Shown one piece after another: positions 22,967 through 35,066 of a stretch of DNA of 64,000 nucleotides; position 1 is the stretch's first letter, and every line of letters starts with the position of its first letter. The notes beneath the pieces were generated by a model. It searched no databases. It worked only from the letters and a program-made list of their open reading frames with translations, and was not told the DNA's origin. Source of the stretch: Scenedesmus sp. PABB004 (taxonomy: Eukaryota); assembly GCA_014905635.1 (NCBI GenBank), contig JABVCE010000032.1:248001-312000 (forward strand). The letters run 5' to 3'. Made by a program: the position numbers and the translations under genes.

Positions 22967-24293
22967 ATGACGAAGGCGCCCGCGCGGCACGCGTCCAAGC
23001 GCGGCGGGGCGGGCGCGGCCGGCCGGCAGGAGCAGCGGCCGCCGCGCGGCGAACGAGCCGCCGCCGGCGCCGGGGCGGCCAAGCTGCCGTCGCTGAAGAA
23101 CCAGATCCGCGGCCTGGAGCGCCTGCTGGGCAAGGTGGGGGAAGCGCGCAGCGGCAGGGCGCGCAGCACGCGCCGCCGGCCGGCCGCCGCTGCCCACGCC
23201 GCCGGCGGCCGCTGCGCCGCAGCCGGGGCTCGACGCGCGCGCGCGCGCCGCCAAGGAGCGCGAGTTGGCGGAGCTGCGCGCTCGGCGCGAGGCGGCGCAG
23301 CACGGGGAGCGCGAGCGCAAGCTGGCGGCGCGCTACCACAAGGCGCGCGCCCGCCGCCCGCTGCGCTCGCTGCGGCTGCCGACCCCCGCGCCGCGCGCGC
23401 CCAGCTCACCCACCCCCGCCGCCGCCCGCACGCGCCGCAGGTGCGCTTCTTCGAGCGCGTCAAGCTGGAGCGCCAGGTCGCGCGCCTCGAGCGCCAGGCG
23501 GCCGCCGCGGACGCCGGCGGCCCCGGCGGCGGCTGCGCGGCCGAGCTCGACGCGCGCCTGGCCGCCGCGCGCGCCGACCTGGCCTACGTGCGTCACTTCC
23601 CGCGCGGCGAGCGCTACGTGTCGCTGCTGCGCCGCGGCGACACGCCGCAGGCGCAGGCGGCGCTCGACGCGGCGCGCGCGCGGCTGCGCGGCATGGTGGC
23701 GCGCGCGCTGCGCGAGGCGGCGGGCCTGGCCGAGGCCGACGAGGGCGCGGGCCTCGGCGCAGTGGCGGTGGCTGGCGCGGTGGGCGCAGCCGGGGCGCCG
23801 TGCCACGGCAAGCGGGGAGCAAGCGGCGGCAGCAGGCGCAGCAGCAGCAGGGCGCGGGGGGCGAGGGCGCTGCCGGCGGCGGCGAGGAGGCGGCCGACGA
23901 CTTTTTCCTGGGCGGCAGCAGCGGCGAGGAGAGCGGCAGCGCGAGCGACAGCGGCGGGCAGCCGTGGGCGTCGCCTGGCATTCAGCAGCCGCGGCGGCAG
24001 CAACAGCAGCAACAGCAGCCGCAGCCGAAGCGGCCGCGGCTCGGCGCAGCCGCCGAGCCGGCGCCGGCGGCCGCGCCCGACGTGGGCGCCAGCAGCAGCG
24101 AGCACGGCACCAGCGGGGAGAGCGACGCGAGCAGCAGCGGCGGCGAGGGAGGCGAGAGCAGCGGGGAGGCAGGCGAGGGCGGCGCGGGCGACATCGCCGC
24201 CTGGCTGGAGCAGCAGCGGCGGCAGGCGGCGCCGCTGCTGGCCGGCACGGGCGACCGCGGCGGGCGCCCGCAGCAGCCTTCAAAGCAGCAGGA

Positions 24294-24349
<56 letters not shown>

Positions 24350-24585
24350 TTGCAGGGGCGCAGCCGGCGGAGCGCAGCAAGCCGGCAGGGCCGAACTTCG
24401 GGCCGCCCAAGGTCGGCGTGGCTCACGGCGCGGCAATGGCTCGCAGCAGGGGCAGGCCCACGGCGGCCGCGCAGCGCCCGGGCGGCAAGCCCAAGCCCAA
24501 GGGGGCGGCGGCCGCCGCCGCGCCCAAGCAGCAGCCGCTGCGCACGCGCGCGGAGGGCGGGCGGCGGCGGCGGGCCAAGAAGTGA
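22967..24585 (+). CDS. EFG1: rRNA-processing protein Efg1
   Basis: SLKNQIRGLERLL, ERKLAARYHKVRFFERVKLER, DLAYVRHFPRGERYVSLL, DDFFL. Exons 22967-23134, 23223-23342, 23441-24585, with an apparent 1-nt frameshift at ~23792 and poly-Q (CAG)n at ~24298-24348. Confidence 0.88.
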
Positions 24586-24697
24586 GGCGTGCGGCCGGCG
24601 AGGGCAATTCGTTGCAAGGTGCCTGCTGCTGCCACCTGGGCGCTGGCGGCACAACTCCTGCAAATCGCGCAAGCGCAGTCTTGGTGCAGACGCCCGC

Positions 24698-27600
24698 TCA
24701 CAGGCGCGCCGCGGGCGCGGGGCCGTCGCCGAGGCGGCGCCCGCTGGCCGCCGCGGCGGCGAGGTAGTCGCACGGCTCGAAGAACCCCGCCAGCCCCACG
24801 CCGCGGAAGCGCTCCGCCAGCGCGGTCAGCTTGGCCGCGATCGCCGCCGCGCCCACGAGGTCGGCCCAGAACAGCAGCCCGCCCCTGCGGCGGCCGGGCG
24901 CGGCGCGCGGCGGCGGGGGGGGGGGTGGCGCCGGCACCACGCCCCCCCCCCCTTCTTGCAGCGAGCGCCCCGCCTGCGCGCCCCACCGCACCTGAAGGCG
25001 GGGAAGCCCATGGCCATCACTGTCGCGACGTCGAGGTCGCCCGGCTTGTCGACGACGCGCTCGGCCACGACGCGGCAGCCCTCGTTGACGACGGGGAAGA
25101 ACAGAAACTCGACCACCTCCTGCGGGGCGCGGGGGGGGGGGGTGCATGCTTGCGTGTGTGTATGTGTGTGAAAGGGGGGGTCTACACTCGGCACGCAGCA
25201 CACACAGCGCGCGAGCGCACCTGCGGCGACATGCGCGGCGTCGTGCCGCCGTGCACGCGCGCGAGCAGCCCCGCCGACGCGACGGACGCCTCCAGCAGCG
25301 GGCGCAGCGCGGGGTCGGGGCTGGCGCGGCGGCTGGCGTCAAACTGCGGGGCAGGTGCGCGGTCGCGCGGGCGGCGGCGGTAAGCAGGCGGCGCAGCCGC
25401 GCGGGGCGGGTGCAACCCAGCCGCACGCGCGTGCGTGAGCGCCCACCTTGTAGAAGCCCGCGCCGCTCTTCTCGCCGAGGCGCCGCGCCGCCACGAGCGT
25501 GGGGAAGAGGCCGCTGGCGTAGACGCGCTCCGGGAAGGCCTCTGCAAAGTTGCGCCCCACGTGCAGCCCAATGTCGCTGCGGGGGCGGGGGGGGGGGGGG
25601 GGGTGGTCCGGGCCGGGCGCACGCCACGACGTGCGCGCTGCGCACGCCAACGCCTACCTGCCGACGAGGTCGCTGAGGCGGAAGGGCCCCATGGGCATGC
25701 CAAAGCCCGCCACCGCGCGGTCGACCTGCGCCGGCGTGCGTGCACGTGCGGGTGTTGAGTCAAGGTGCCGCGCGCCAGTGGCGCCGCCATCGGCGCCCCG
25801 TGCCTCCCCCCCCCCTTGCCCCCCCCCCCTCCCCCCGCCTCCCGGGCGCCTCCCGCCCACGCGCGCGCACCGCGTAGGGGTCTGCCCCCAGGTCGGCGAG
25901 CAGGCAGGCGGCCATGGTGTAGGGGAAGAACACGCGGTTCACCGCAAACCCCGTGCAGTTGCCCACCACGACCGGCGTCTTGCGCAGCGTGCCCGCGAGC
26001 GCCAGCGTGTCCAGCACCGCCTGCGCGCCTGTGCCGCGCGTGCGCACAATCTCCAGCAGCGGCATCACGTGTGCGGGGCTGAAAAAGTGGGCGCCCAGCA
26101 CGCGCGCGCGCGTCGCCGGCTGCGGAGGCGGCGGCGGGGGCGGGCGGCGGCGTGGGCCAGCGAGCGCCGCGTCGCTCAAGGACTGGCCGCTGGGCCCTGG
26201 GCGGCGCGCGCCTGCAGGCGCGCCGCGACGAGGTCGATGTCGATCGTCGACGTGTTGGTCGCGAGGATGGCGTGCGGCGGGCAGGAGGCCTCCAGGTCGG
26301 CAAAGATGGCCTGCTTGAGCGCCACGTCCTCCAGCGCCGCCTCGATCACCATGTCCACGCCGCCTGCAGGGGGGCGCACCCGGGGGGGGGGGGGGGGGGG
26401 GGTCGGGAGGCGCCAAGCACACGCTGCGCCTGTCCGCGGTCCCCCCAGCCCCAGCCCCCCGGCCGCCTCCGCGGCGGCGGCGCACCAAAGGCCGCGTAGT
26501 CGAGCGCGCCCGTGACGCGCGCGAGCGCCGCGTCGGCGTCCGCCTGCGACATGCGGCCCTTGCGCACGCGGCTGGACAGATTGGCGCGCACGCGCCCCAG
26601 CCCCGCCTGCGCAGCGGGCGCGGCAGCGGTACAGTGCGGTGCGCCGGTCAGCAGCGTCCGGGGTCTGTGGCGGCGGCAGCCCCCCCCCCCCCCCCCGCGG
26701 CGGCGGCGGCGGCAGGCGCTGCCCCCCCCCCCCCCCCCCCGTGGCCGTGCACCTCGAGCGCCGCGGCGTTGACCTCCTTGAGCACCACCCCCAGCCCCGA
26801 CAGCACCAGCGCCGTCGCGATGCCGCTGCCCATCAGCCCGCCGCCCAGCACCGCGACGCGGGCGATGCGCCGCGGCGTCAGGCCCGCGTCCGTCACGCCC
26901 GACACCTGCGCGCGGCGCAGCGGGGGGTCAGCGGCGCGCGCACAGCCTGCGCCGCGCGGCGCGCCGGCTGGCCGCCTCGCCCCACCTTCTTGGTCGCGCG
27001 CGTCGCGAAGAACACGTGCACCAGCGCCTTGTGCGTGTCCAGCGCGGCGGCGGCGGCAAACGCCTCGCCCTCCTTGGCCAGCCCCGCCTCGCCGCCGCGC
27101 GCCACGCCCGCCTCCACGGCGTCGAGGCAGAGCTGCGGGTGCGCCAGGTGCGGCGTGCGGCGCGCCGCCTGGGCGCGCGCGAGCGCGATCACCGCCACCG
27201 CCTCGCCGTACGGCTCCAGCCGGTCTGCGGCGTTGAGTGTGCGTGTGTGCGTGCGTGTGGTGGGGGTGAGGGACCGGCGCGAGCGCGGCGAGCCGCCGCT
27301 CCCGCCGCCACTCCCGCCGACGCGGGCGCGCACCCGTGCGCGTGAGCGACGCCAGGCGCGGCAGGCGGCCGGCGGCGATGTCGAGCGCGCGCGCGCGCGC
27401 GACGGCCAGCAGCTCGCCGACCGGCACGACCGCGTCGACGAGGCCGGCCTTGAGCGCCGCGTCGGCGCGCAGCGGCGCCGACGTGAGCATCATCGGCAGC
27501 GCGCGCGCCAGCCCCACCACGCGCGGCAGGCGCTGCGTGCCGCCAAAGCCCGGGATGATGCCGAGCTGCAGCTCCGGCAGGCCCAGGCGCGCGCCCGGCG

Positions 27601-28088
27601 CGGCAACGCGCGCGTTGCAGGCGAGCGCGACCTCCAGCCCGCCGCCGAGCGCCGCGCCGGCGATCGCCGCGACGCTGGGCTTGGGCCCCCCTCCAGCAGC
27701 GCCGTGAGGCGCGCGTTGACGGTGCCGTCGATGCCGCCGCCCGCGGGGCGGGCGCGGAACTGGGCGATGTCAAAGCCCGCGCTGAAGGTGCCGCCCCGGC
27801 CCGCCACCACCACCGCCGCCACCGCGGGGTCGGCGTGCGCGCGGCGCAACGCGTCAAACAGGCCCGACAATACTGCGCCGGCCAGGGCGGGCAGGCCGGG
27901 GGCAGGCGTGTGAGGGCTCGGGTGTGGAGCGGCGTGCCGCGCGGCGCCCCCGGGCGCGCCAGGCGCGGAGCGGCAGCCAGCACCCCCACACACCCACCGT
28001 CGGGGTGCAGCGCGTTGACGGGCGGGTTGGACAGCGTGATCAGCGCCACGCCGTCGGGCTCGGCCCGGTACTCCACGGCCGGCGCCAT
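24698..28088 (-). CDS. Peroxisomal beta-oxidation multifunctional protein (enoyl-CoA hydratase/3-hydroxyacyl-CoA dehydrogenase, MFP2/AIM1-like)
   Basis: [71 protein letters not shown]-terminal PTS1 ARL*. Apparent 1-nt frameshift in a G run at ~27688. Confidence 0.95.
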
Positions 28089-28780
28089 GGCGCGCCGCGC
28101 TGCTGGGTGCGGTGCGGGAGGGAGAGAGAGGGTGTGTGTGTGGCGGGGGCGCGCGCGGCCGGCGGAGTGGCGGCGGTGATGGGCGACGCGGCGGCTGACG
28201 GGGACGCGGCGCCAACTGCTGCGACCGCTCGGCTGCCTGTGGCGCTCAGCGCCGCCAGTCGCGGCAGAGGGCGATGCACCCGCACGGCCGCCTGGCACAT
28301 GGGCTGCGCGCGCGCGGCAACAGGCGCCGGGCGGCCGGGCGACCGCCCAGCGCTGCGCGCGCCGGGCTCGTGCGGGCGCGCCGCCTCGGCGCCCGCGCAT
28401 CCCGTGCGGCGGCGGCTGGCGGCGCGCCGTGGCCTGCGCCCGCGGCGTGTGCGCAGCCGCCGCGCTCGTCGACGGCCGCCCTCGCCACTGGCCACGGGCT
28501 GGCAGCTGCGCGCGCGCGCGCGGGAGCGCGAGCGTGGGCGCCACTGGGACCGGCCGACGTGCATTGAGGGTGCAGGCCCCACGTGCGCCGGCTGCCGCCG
28601 CGCGCACGGCCGCTGCGAAGCGCGGCGGCGCAGGTTGCGGGGTTCGCCGGCGACGCGCCCTGCGCCGCCGCCCGCCAGTTCCCGCCGCGCCCGTGATCGC
28701 GCCCGTGGCAGCTGGCAGTCGCTGCAGAGCGACTGCGCCGCGGCCGCCGGCCGCCGCTCTAGCGCTCGACAGCGGCGGTG

Positions 28781-31069
28781 ATGGAGCCGGGCGAGCTGGA
28801 GACGACCTGGGGCGCGCTCGCGCCGGCCGTGGCGCCTCACCTGGCGGCCTACGATCCCGCGCGCGACGGGACGATCTTCGACGACGACCTGGGCGCGGGC
28901 GGGGCGGCGTGGCGGGCCGAGTTTGGCATCATCGCCGCGCTCGGCGGAGCCCCTGGCGCCGGAGGCGGGGCGCCCGTGCTCCCCCCCGGCAGCGGTGCTG
29001 ATGGCGTGGCGGCCGGGCCTGCGGTGGTGGCGCGCGCCGGCTCGCACGGCGCCGCACGCCCCGCGGCGACGCAGCAGCAGCGGCCGCCGGCCGGTGACGC
29101 GCGGCAGCAGCAGCTGTGGGGCGTGCCGCAGCAGCTGTGGGGCCTGCAGGAGCAGGCGGCACTCATCGCGGCGCAGCACGCGGCGCTGGGCGGCGGCGTG
29201 CCCGGGGCGGCTGAGCAGCAGCACGCCGCGGCGGCGAGCGGCGGCGGCGGCAAGGCGCCGCCGGGGCCCAAGAAGCCGCGGTGCGGGGGTCCGCGCTGGG
29301 CGAAGGGCCGCGCTGCGTGCGCTGGCGCGTCGCCGGCGCCCACGCTCTCCCTGGCGCGGCGCGCAGGGAGCGCCCGCGCAACGTGGTGAGCAGCCTGGAG
29401 GCAGAGGTGGCGGGCAAGCTGGCGCAGCTGCAGCTGCTGAGCGCAGAGAACGAGGTGCGGCGCGGGGGCAGGCGGCTGCGCGTCGGTGCACAGCGCTCGT
29501 GGCCCGCCCCCGCCCACTGCCGCCGCGGCCGCAGATGCTCAAGCTGCGCGCGACGGTGCTCGAGGCCACGGTGGCCAGCCGCGAGGACCAGGTGCGCCGG
29601 CGCCAGCGGCGGCTGCCATAACCGCCTTGGCGCCACCCCCCGTGTGCTAGCTCACCCCCCCCCCCCCCCCTCTCCCCCCCTCTCTGACCCCCCTGGCCAG
29701 ATGCGCGTCATCAGCGAGCACGGGCCGCCCATCTACCCCGCGGACGCGCCGCTGCAGCCGCAGCAGCACCAGCAGCAGCACCAGCACCAGCAGCAGCACC
29801 AGCAGCAGCACCAGCAGCAGCCGCCGCCGAGCGGCGGCGGCGGCGAGGCCAGCAGCGACGGCTGCTCGCCCGCGCCCGCGCCCGGCGGCGCGACGCAACA
29901 GGGCACGCCCGTGCCGCAGCCACCGCCGTCGCCGCCGCCGCCGCCGGGCGGCAGCGCGCCCTGTGCTGCCGCGCCGGGCGGCGGGTCTGTCGCGCGCGCG
30001 GCGATCAAGGCCATGTCGGTGGAGGAGATCATCGCCCACTGGCGCGCCTTCCTCGCCGACGTCACGCGCGAGCTCGTCGCGGTGGGCGGCGAGGGCGGCG
30101 GCGGCGGCGTCTCTGCGGCGGCGCCGAGCCCCGCGACCGCGCGCATCGACGCGCTCGTGGCGCGCGCGTCGTTCCTCATCCGCACCGCGCAGCAGCTCAA
30201 CCCGGGTGCGGGGTGTGGGTGTGGGTGGGTGGGTGGGTGTGTGTGTGTGTGGGGGGGGGGGGGGGTGTCGCGCGCGCCGCACGTGTGCCCGCGCCTTCCT
30301 TGCGCGCCCTCCACGCGTCTGTCCGCGCAGGCGCGTACTGCCGGCTGTTTGGCACGCACCTCGACACGGGGCTGCCCGCCGCCTACGACGACGCCCACTG
30401 GCGGCGCGTGGTCGCGGTGCTGGGGCTCAGCCAGCAGCAGGCGCGCGCGCGGCGCGTGGTGGGGGCTTTCGCACTGCATGGCCTCTCTGCCCCCGCGCTG
30501 CCCACGGACCACTCCGCCGCCCGCCCCTTGCTGGCAGGTCAACCACATTCTCGCGTGCGCGGAGCTCTACTTTTCCTGCCGCGCGCGGCTGCAGGCGGAG
30601 CAGCGCGGCGCGCAGGCTGCGCTCAAGGCCGCTGCGGCGGCGCCCGACAGCCTGCTGCTGGGCGGCGGCGGGAGCGGCGGCGGCGGCGACGCGCCGCTGC
30701 AGGTGCTCGCGAGCAGCCTAAAGCGCGAGCACGTGCTGCGCGTGATGCTCAACAGCTTTGTGTGGGGCCGCATCTTCACGAGCGTGCAGTGCGCCAAGGC
30801 CGCCGTGTACAGGCGAGAGACGCGAGGCGCGGGGGGGGGGGGGGGGGGGGGAAGAGCGCCCCGGCTGCCGCTGGCGCTGGTGCTGCGCGCGCTGAGCCGC
30901 CTCTGCCCCCCACCCCTCAACGCGCAGCCACCCCTTTTACGTCGACATCCACGCCATCGTGTGCGTGATGTGCGAGGACGCGCTCGCGCCGCCGGGCGGG
31001 GGCGCGGGGGCCGCCGCACAGCCGCAGGCGTTTGCGCACCGCGCGGCGCCAGAGGCGGGCGCCACGTGA
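28781..31069 (+). CDS. Chlorophyte bZIP-like leucine-zipper protein with C-terminal helical domain
   Basis: Zipper LEAEVAGKLAQLQLLSAENEMLKLRATVLE; HWRRVVAVLGLSQQQ; FTSVQCAKAAVYSHPFYVD. Exons join in frame. Confidence 0.7.
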
Positions 31070-31159
31070 GCTCACACGGGCAGCCGGGCAGCATGTGCAA
31101 CCGTGTCAGCCGTTACTCGCGTCACGCCGCGTCGCCGCTGCGTTTGCCGCCAGCGCCGC

Positions 31160-33896
31160 TCACTGCACCGCCTGCGGCGCCAGGCACACAAACATGCGCG
31201 CCAGCACGTGCTGGCGCGGCGCGTCCGGCGCGCCGGGCGAGCCCTCGCGCTGCGGCGGCGGGCACGCCCTGCCTGCGGCAGCAGCCGCGCCTGGCGACGC
31301 GGGCGGGGGCGGGGCGGACGCCGCCGCAGCACCGCCTGCGCTGCTGTGTGGCACGCTGGCGCTGGTGCCCGTCTGCCTGCGGCTCGTGGGCCGGCCCGCC
31401 GTGAGCGGGCCCGCGGCCGCCGCGTCCTCCCGAGCGCAGGCCGCTTTGTCTGTGGTCGTGGCCGCAGACGCCGCAGGCGCGGCAGCGCCCGGCTCGGGGC
31501 TGGCAGGCACCGCGGCGGACGCCCCCGCACTGCTGACCGCCTGCTTGGCCTGCCCGGGGTCGGCCGCCTGCGGCAGCACAGCGCACGGCGGCAGAGGGGC
31601 GTCGTGAGGCTGCGGAGGCCGCTGCCGGTTGCGTCGCCCCGTCCCGGCCCCGCGCACCTGCGCCTGCGGGGCGGCGCCCTCGCTGGTGCGCTGCGCGTGG
31701 GCCGCCAGCACCCATGCCGGCAGCTGCGACGTCATCGGGCTGAAGCCGCTGCCGCCCGCGGGCGCCGCCGCCGGGGGCGCCGCAGTGCCGCCCGCAAGGC
31801 TGTGGGGCGGGCTGCTCCGCGCCGGCTCGGAAGTCGGCGCGGGCTGGCCCCCACCGCAGGCGCCGCCAGCAGCCGGCTTGGCCGGCGGCGGCGCGGCCTT
31901 GCGCCACTTGGACAGCGGGCTGCCCTGCTTGCGCCCCGCCGCCAGCTGCTGCTGCTCCCTGCGCGGGGCGTGAGTGCAGCAGCAGGGCGTGAGCGCAGAG
32001 GCCGCAAGGCGAGCGCGCGGCGCGCGCGCAGGCGCGGCAGCGCCCCCGCACCGCAGCTGCGCCAGCTCCGCGAGCAGCTCGCCGTTCTGCTGGCGCAGGC
32101 TGCCGCCGAGCTCGCTGCTGCTGGCGAGCTGGGCGCCGAGGTCGTGCAGGCGCGCGGTGAGGGTGTCGACGTTGACGTTGGCGCGGTCGAGCTGTGCCTG
32201 CAGCGAGCCCGCCGCCGCCGCCGCCGCCGCGAGCTGCACCTCCAGCTGCCGGCGCAGCTCGGTCACGCCCGACAGCTGCGCGCAGCAGCGCAAGGGAGGG
32301 GGGCTCAGCGGGGGAGGGAGGCCGCGCCATGCCCCACCCCGCCGCCCCCACACACACGCACCTCGGTGCTGAGCTCCAGGTTCTCCTCCTGCAGCAGCGT
32401 GACGCGCGCCTCGAGCTGCTGCTGCTCCGCCTCGAGCTCGCGCAGGCGCGCCAGCGCGGCCTCCAGCCCCGCGCCCGCCTGCTCGGCCGCCGCCTCGAGC
32501 CCGGCCATGCGCTCGTCGCGGCCGTCGATCTCCGACTGCAGCGCCGACACCTGGCCCGTGAGGCACGCGAGGTCCGCCAGCAGCTCCTCGCGCTGCCCCC
32601 GCGCCTCGGCGAGCTGTGAGTGAGGTTTGGGGGGGGGGGGGGGGGCGTCGGGCAGTGGGCGGCGCGACACACAGAGCAGCGCTGCCTAGCCAGAGCGCCC
32701 CCTGCCATTGCACCGCGCGCGCGCCGACCTGCGCTTGCGCGGTCACGAGCTGCGCCTTGGCCGCCAGCGCGGCGTGGTGCAGCTGGTCGTGCTCCTGCTG
32801 CATGCCGCGGTGCCGCTCCTCCGCCTCCTCCAGGCTGTTCTGCTGCGCGCCGCACAGCTCCTCCAGCTCCTTGACCTGCACACGCGCCGCAAGGCGCTGC
32901 TCGGGCCGCGCCACTTGGGCCGCACAGCACAGCGGGCGTGCCCCCCCCCCCCTCCGCACCTGCTTCGCGTGGCCCTGCTCCCGCACGTAGCTCTCCTGCA
33001 GCGCCGCCTTGACCTGGCCGTGCAGCTCCTTCAGCCGGTCGCGCTCCGCCTCGGCGCCGTCGCGCTCGCACCGCGCCGTCGTCAGCGCCACGCTGAGCTC
33101 GTGCACCTGCGGCGCGCGCGTGCAGGCCGGCGCGCTGAGCCGGGAGGGGTGGTGTGGCAGCGGGCGCCGCCGGTCGCGCGCGTGCGCTGCGCGCCGCGCG
33201 CCTGGTTGGCGAGGTGGTCGCGCTCCGCGCGCAGCGTGCCGACGTCGTGCGCGTACGTGGCGAGGTCGCGCTCGGCGAGGTCGTGGCGCTCCTGCAGCAT
33301 GCCCATCTCAAACCTGGCGCGAACGCACCCCCGGGGGCGCACGTCGGCGGCGGACGCCGCTCGCGAGCGCCGCGGTGTCGTGGCGCGCTGGGCACCGTGC
33401 CCCCCCCCCCACCCACGCACCTGAGCGCGTCGAGCTCGATCTGCTTGCTCTTCTTGTGCTTTTTGAACATGCCCTTCAGCGTGCCCCCCCTGCTGCGCTC
33501 GCCGTCGTCGGCCTCGCCGCCGGCGCCGGGGCGGCTCAGCTCGTAGCGCATCGACGCCCGCGAGCCGCGCCCCAGGTCGGACGCGCCCGCCTCGGAGCCC
33601 GCGTCGTCGTCGCTCGCCCCCGCCGCCGCGCTCGGCGGGCGGGGCGGCGGCGGCTCGCCGCCGTCGCGCGGCGGCGCGTCGGCGGCGTCGGCCGCGGGCG
33701 GCTTGTTGTTGACGACGAGCTTCTTCAGCCGCCGCCACGTGCTCGCCTTGCCGCTCGCGTGAAAGTCGCCGGCCGCGGCGGACGCCACAGGCTCGACGGG
33801 CGGCACCGCGGGGGGCGCGGCGGCGCTGTCGGGGGCAGCCTCCACCCCCATGCCGGCCTCCAGGCGGCCCTCCACCTCCAGCAGCGTGTCGGCCAT
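31160..33896 (-). CDS. Long coiled-coil protein, unknown function
   Basis: Heptad-rich exons (ELSVALTTARCERD, LEAEQQQLEARVTLLQEENLEL); ends ARMFVCLAPQAVQ*. Confidence 0.7.
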
Positions 33897-34294
33897 CGCG
33901 GCTGCGAGGGCTGCGTGCGCGCGCCAACCGCCGCCGCCGCCTGCTGGCCGCGCCGCCGCTGCTGCCGCTGCCCGCCCGCCGCCGACCGGGGCGTTTGTCA
34001 GTGAGTAAAGGCCGTGGTCGGGGCGGGTCGCAGGGGCGGCTGCGGCGGCGCGCGCTAGCTGGTCAGCAGCAGGCCCAGCGGTGCTCAGCGGTTTGTAGGA
34101 GCGCGTGTGGGTGCCTTGTGCGCTCGGCGAGGCGCCCCGGGGGCTGCTGGCGCGGCCGCAGCGCGAAGCAGCCGATTTCGCGCGCTGTTACTCGCGTTAC
34201 AAGGCCCACGAATGCGAGGGACCATCGTGGACCACTTTCCTGCACGCCCACTTCCAACTGCGCACCGCGGGCAGCCACACAGACGACCACAGCC

Positions 34295-34553
34295 ATGGCG
34301 CCGACCCCACCATCTGCGCCGCCGCCGCTGCTGCTCGCCCTGGCGCGCCGATCGCGGGTGCGGGAGCGGATTGCATCGCCCTGCGAGCCACACGCGCCAA
34401 CGCCAAGTGCGCCTCGCTCACGCCGCCGCCGCCGCCGCGCCGCAGGCCGCCGCCGCTGCTGCTCTCGCCACGGCCGCCGCCGCTGGCGGCCCCGGCTGGC
34501 CCCTCGCGCGGCGCCTGGGCACGTGCTCGGCCTGCGCGGCGGAGCAGCAGGCG

Positions 34554-34585
<32 letters not shown>

Positions 34586-34973
34586 CAGCGCCACAGCGCC
34601 CCGCCCGCCGCGGCGGCCGCGGCCGGAGGAGCGGCTGCGCGTGGCGCTCGCGCGCGAGGCGCGGCCCGACGCGGCGGCGGCGGCGGCGGCTGAGGCGGCG
34701 GACGTGTTCAGCCTCTCGCGCTCGCTCGGCGGCGGCGGGGCTGCGAGCGGCGCCGGAAGCGCCACCAGCAGCGCCGCGCGGCGCGGCGACGGCGCGGCCG
34801 CGCTGGACAAGCTGGTCGGCGTCCTCACGCGCGACGGGCGGCGCGGCACGGCGCGGCGGGTGCTGCTGGACGCGATGGCGGCCATCCGCGCGCAGCTCGC
34901 GGCGGGGGGGCGCCAGCAGCAGCAGGCGGCGGCGCAGCAGCGCGGCGGCGGCGGCGGCGGGGGCGGCAGCTGA
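34295..34973 (+). CDS. Organelle-targeted protein with N-terminal half of ribosomal uS7 domain
   Basis: Exons 34295-34357 and 34446-34973 in phase; LDKLVGVLTRDGRRGTARRVLLDAM resembles uS7 K.IN.LM.DGKK..A..I. Confidence 0.6.
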
Positions 34974-35066
34974 TGAGCGGCGCGCGCGTCCGCTGTGTTG
35001 CATCATCATCACGACGCCCGCCCGCCCGCCCGCCCGCCCGGCCGCGCGCCTCCTCCCCGCCGCGCG

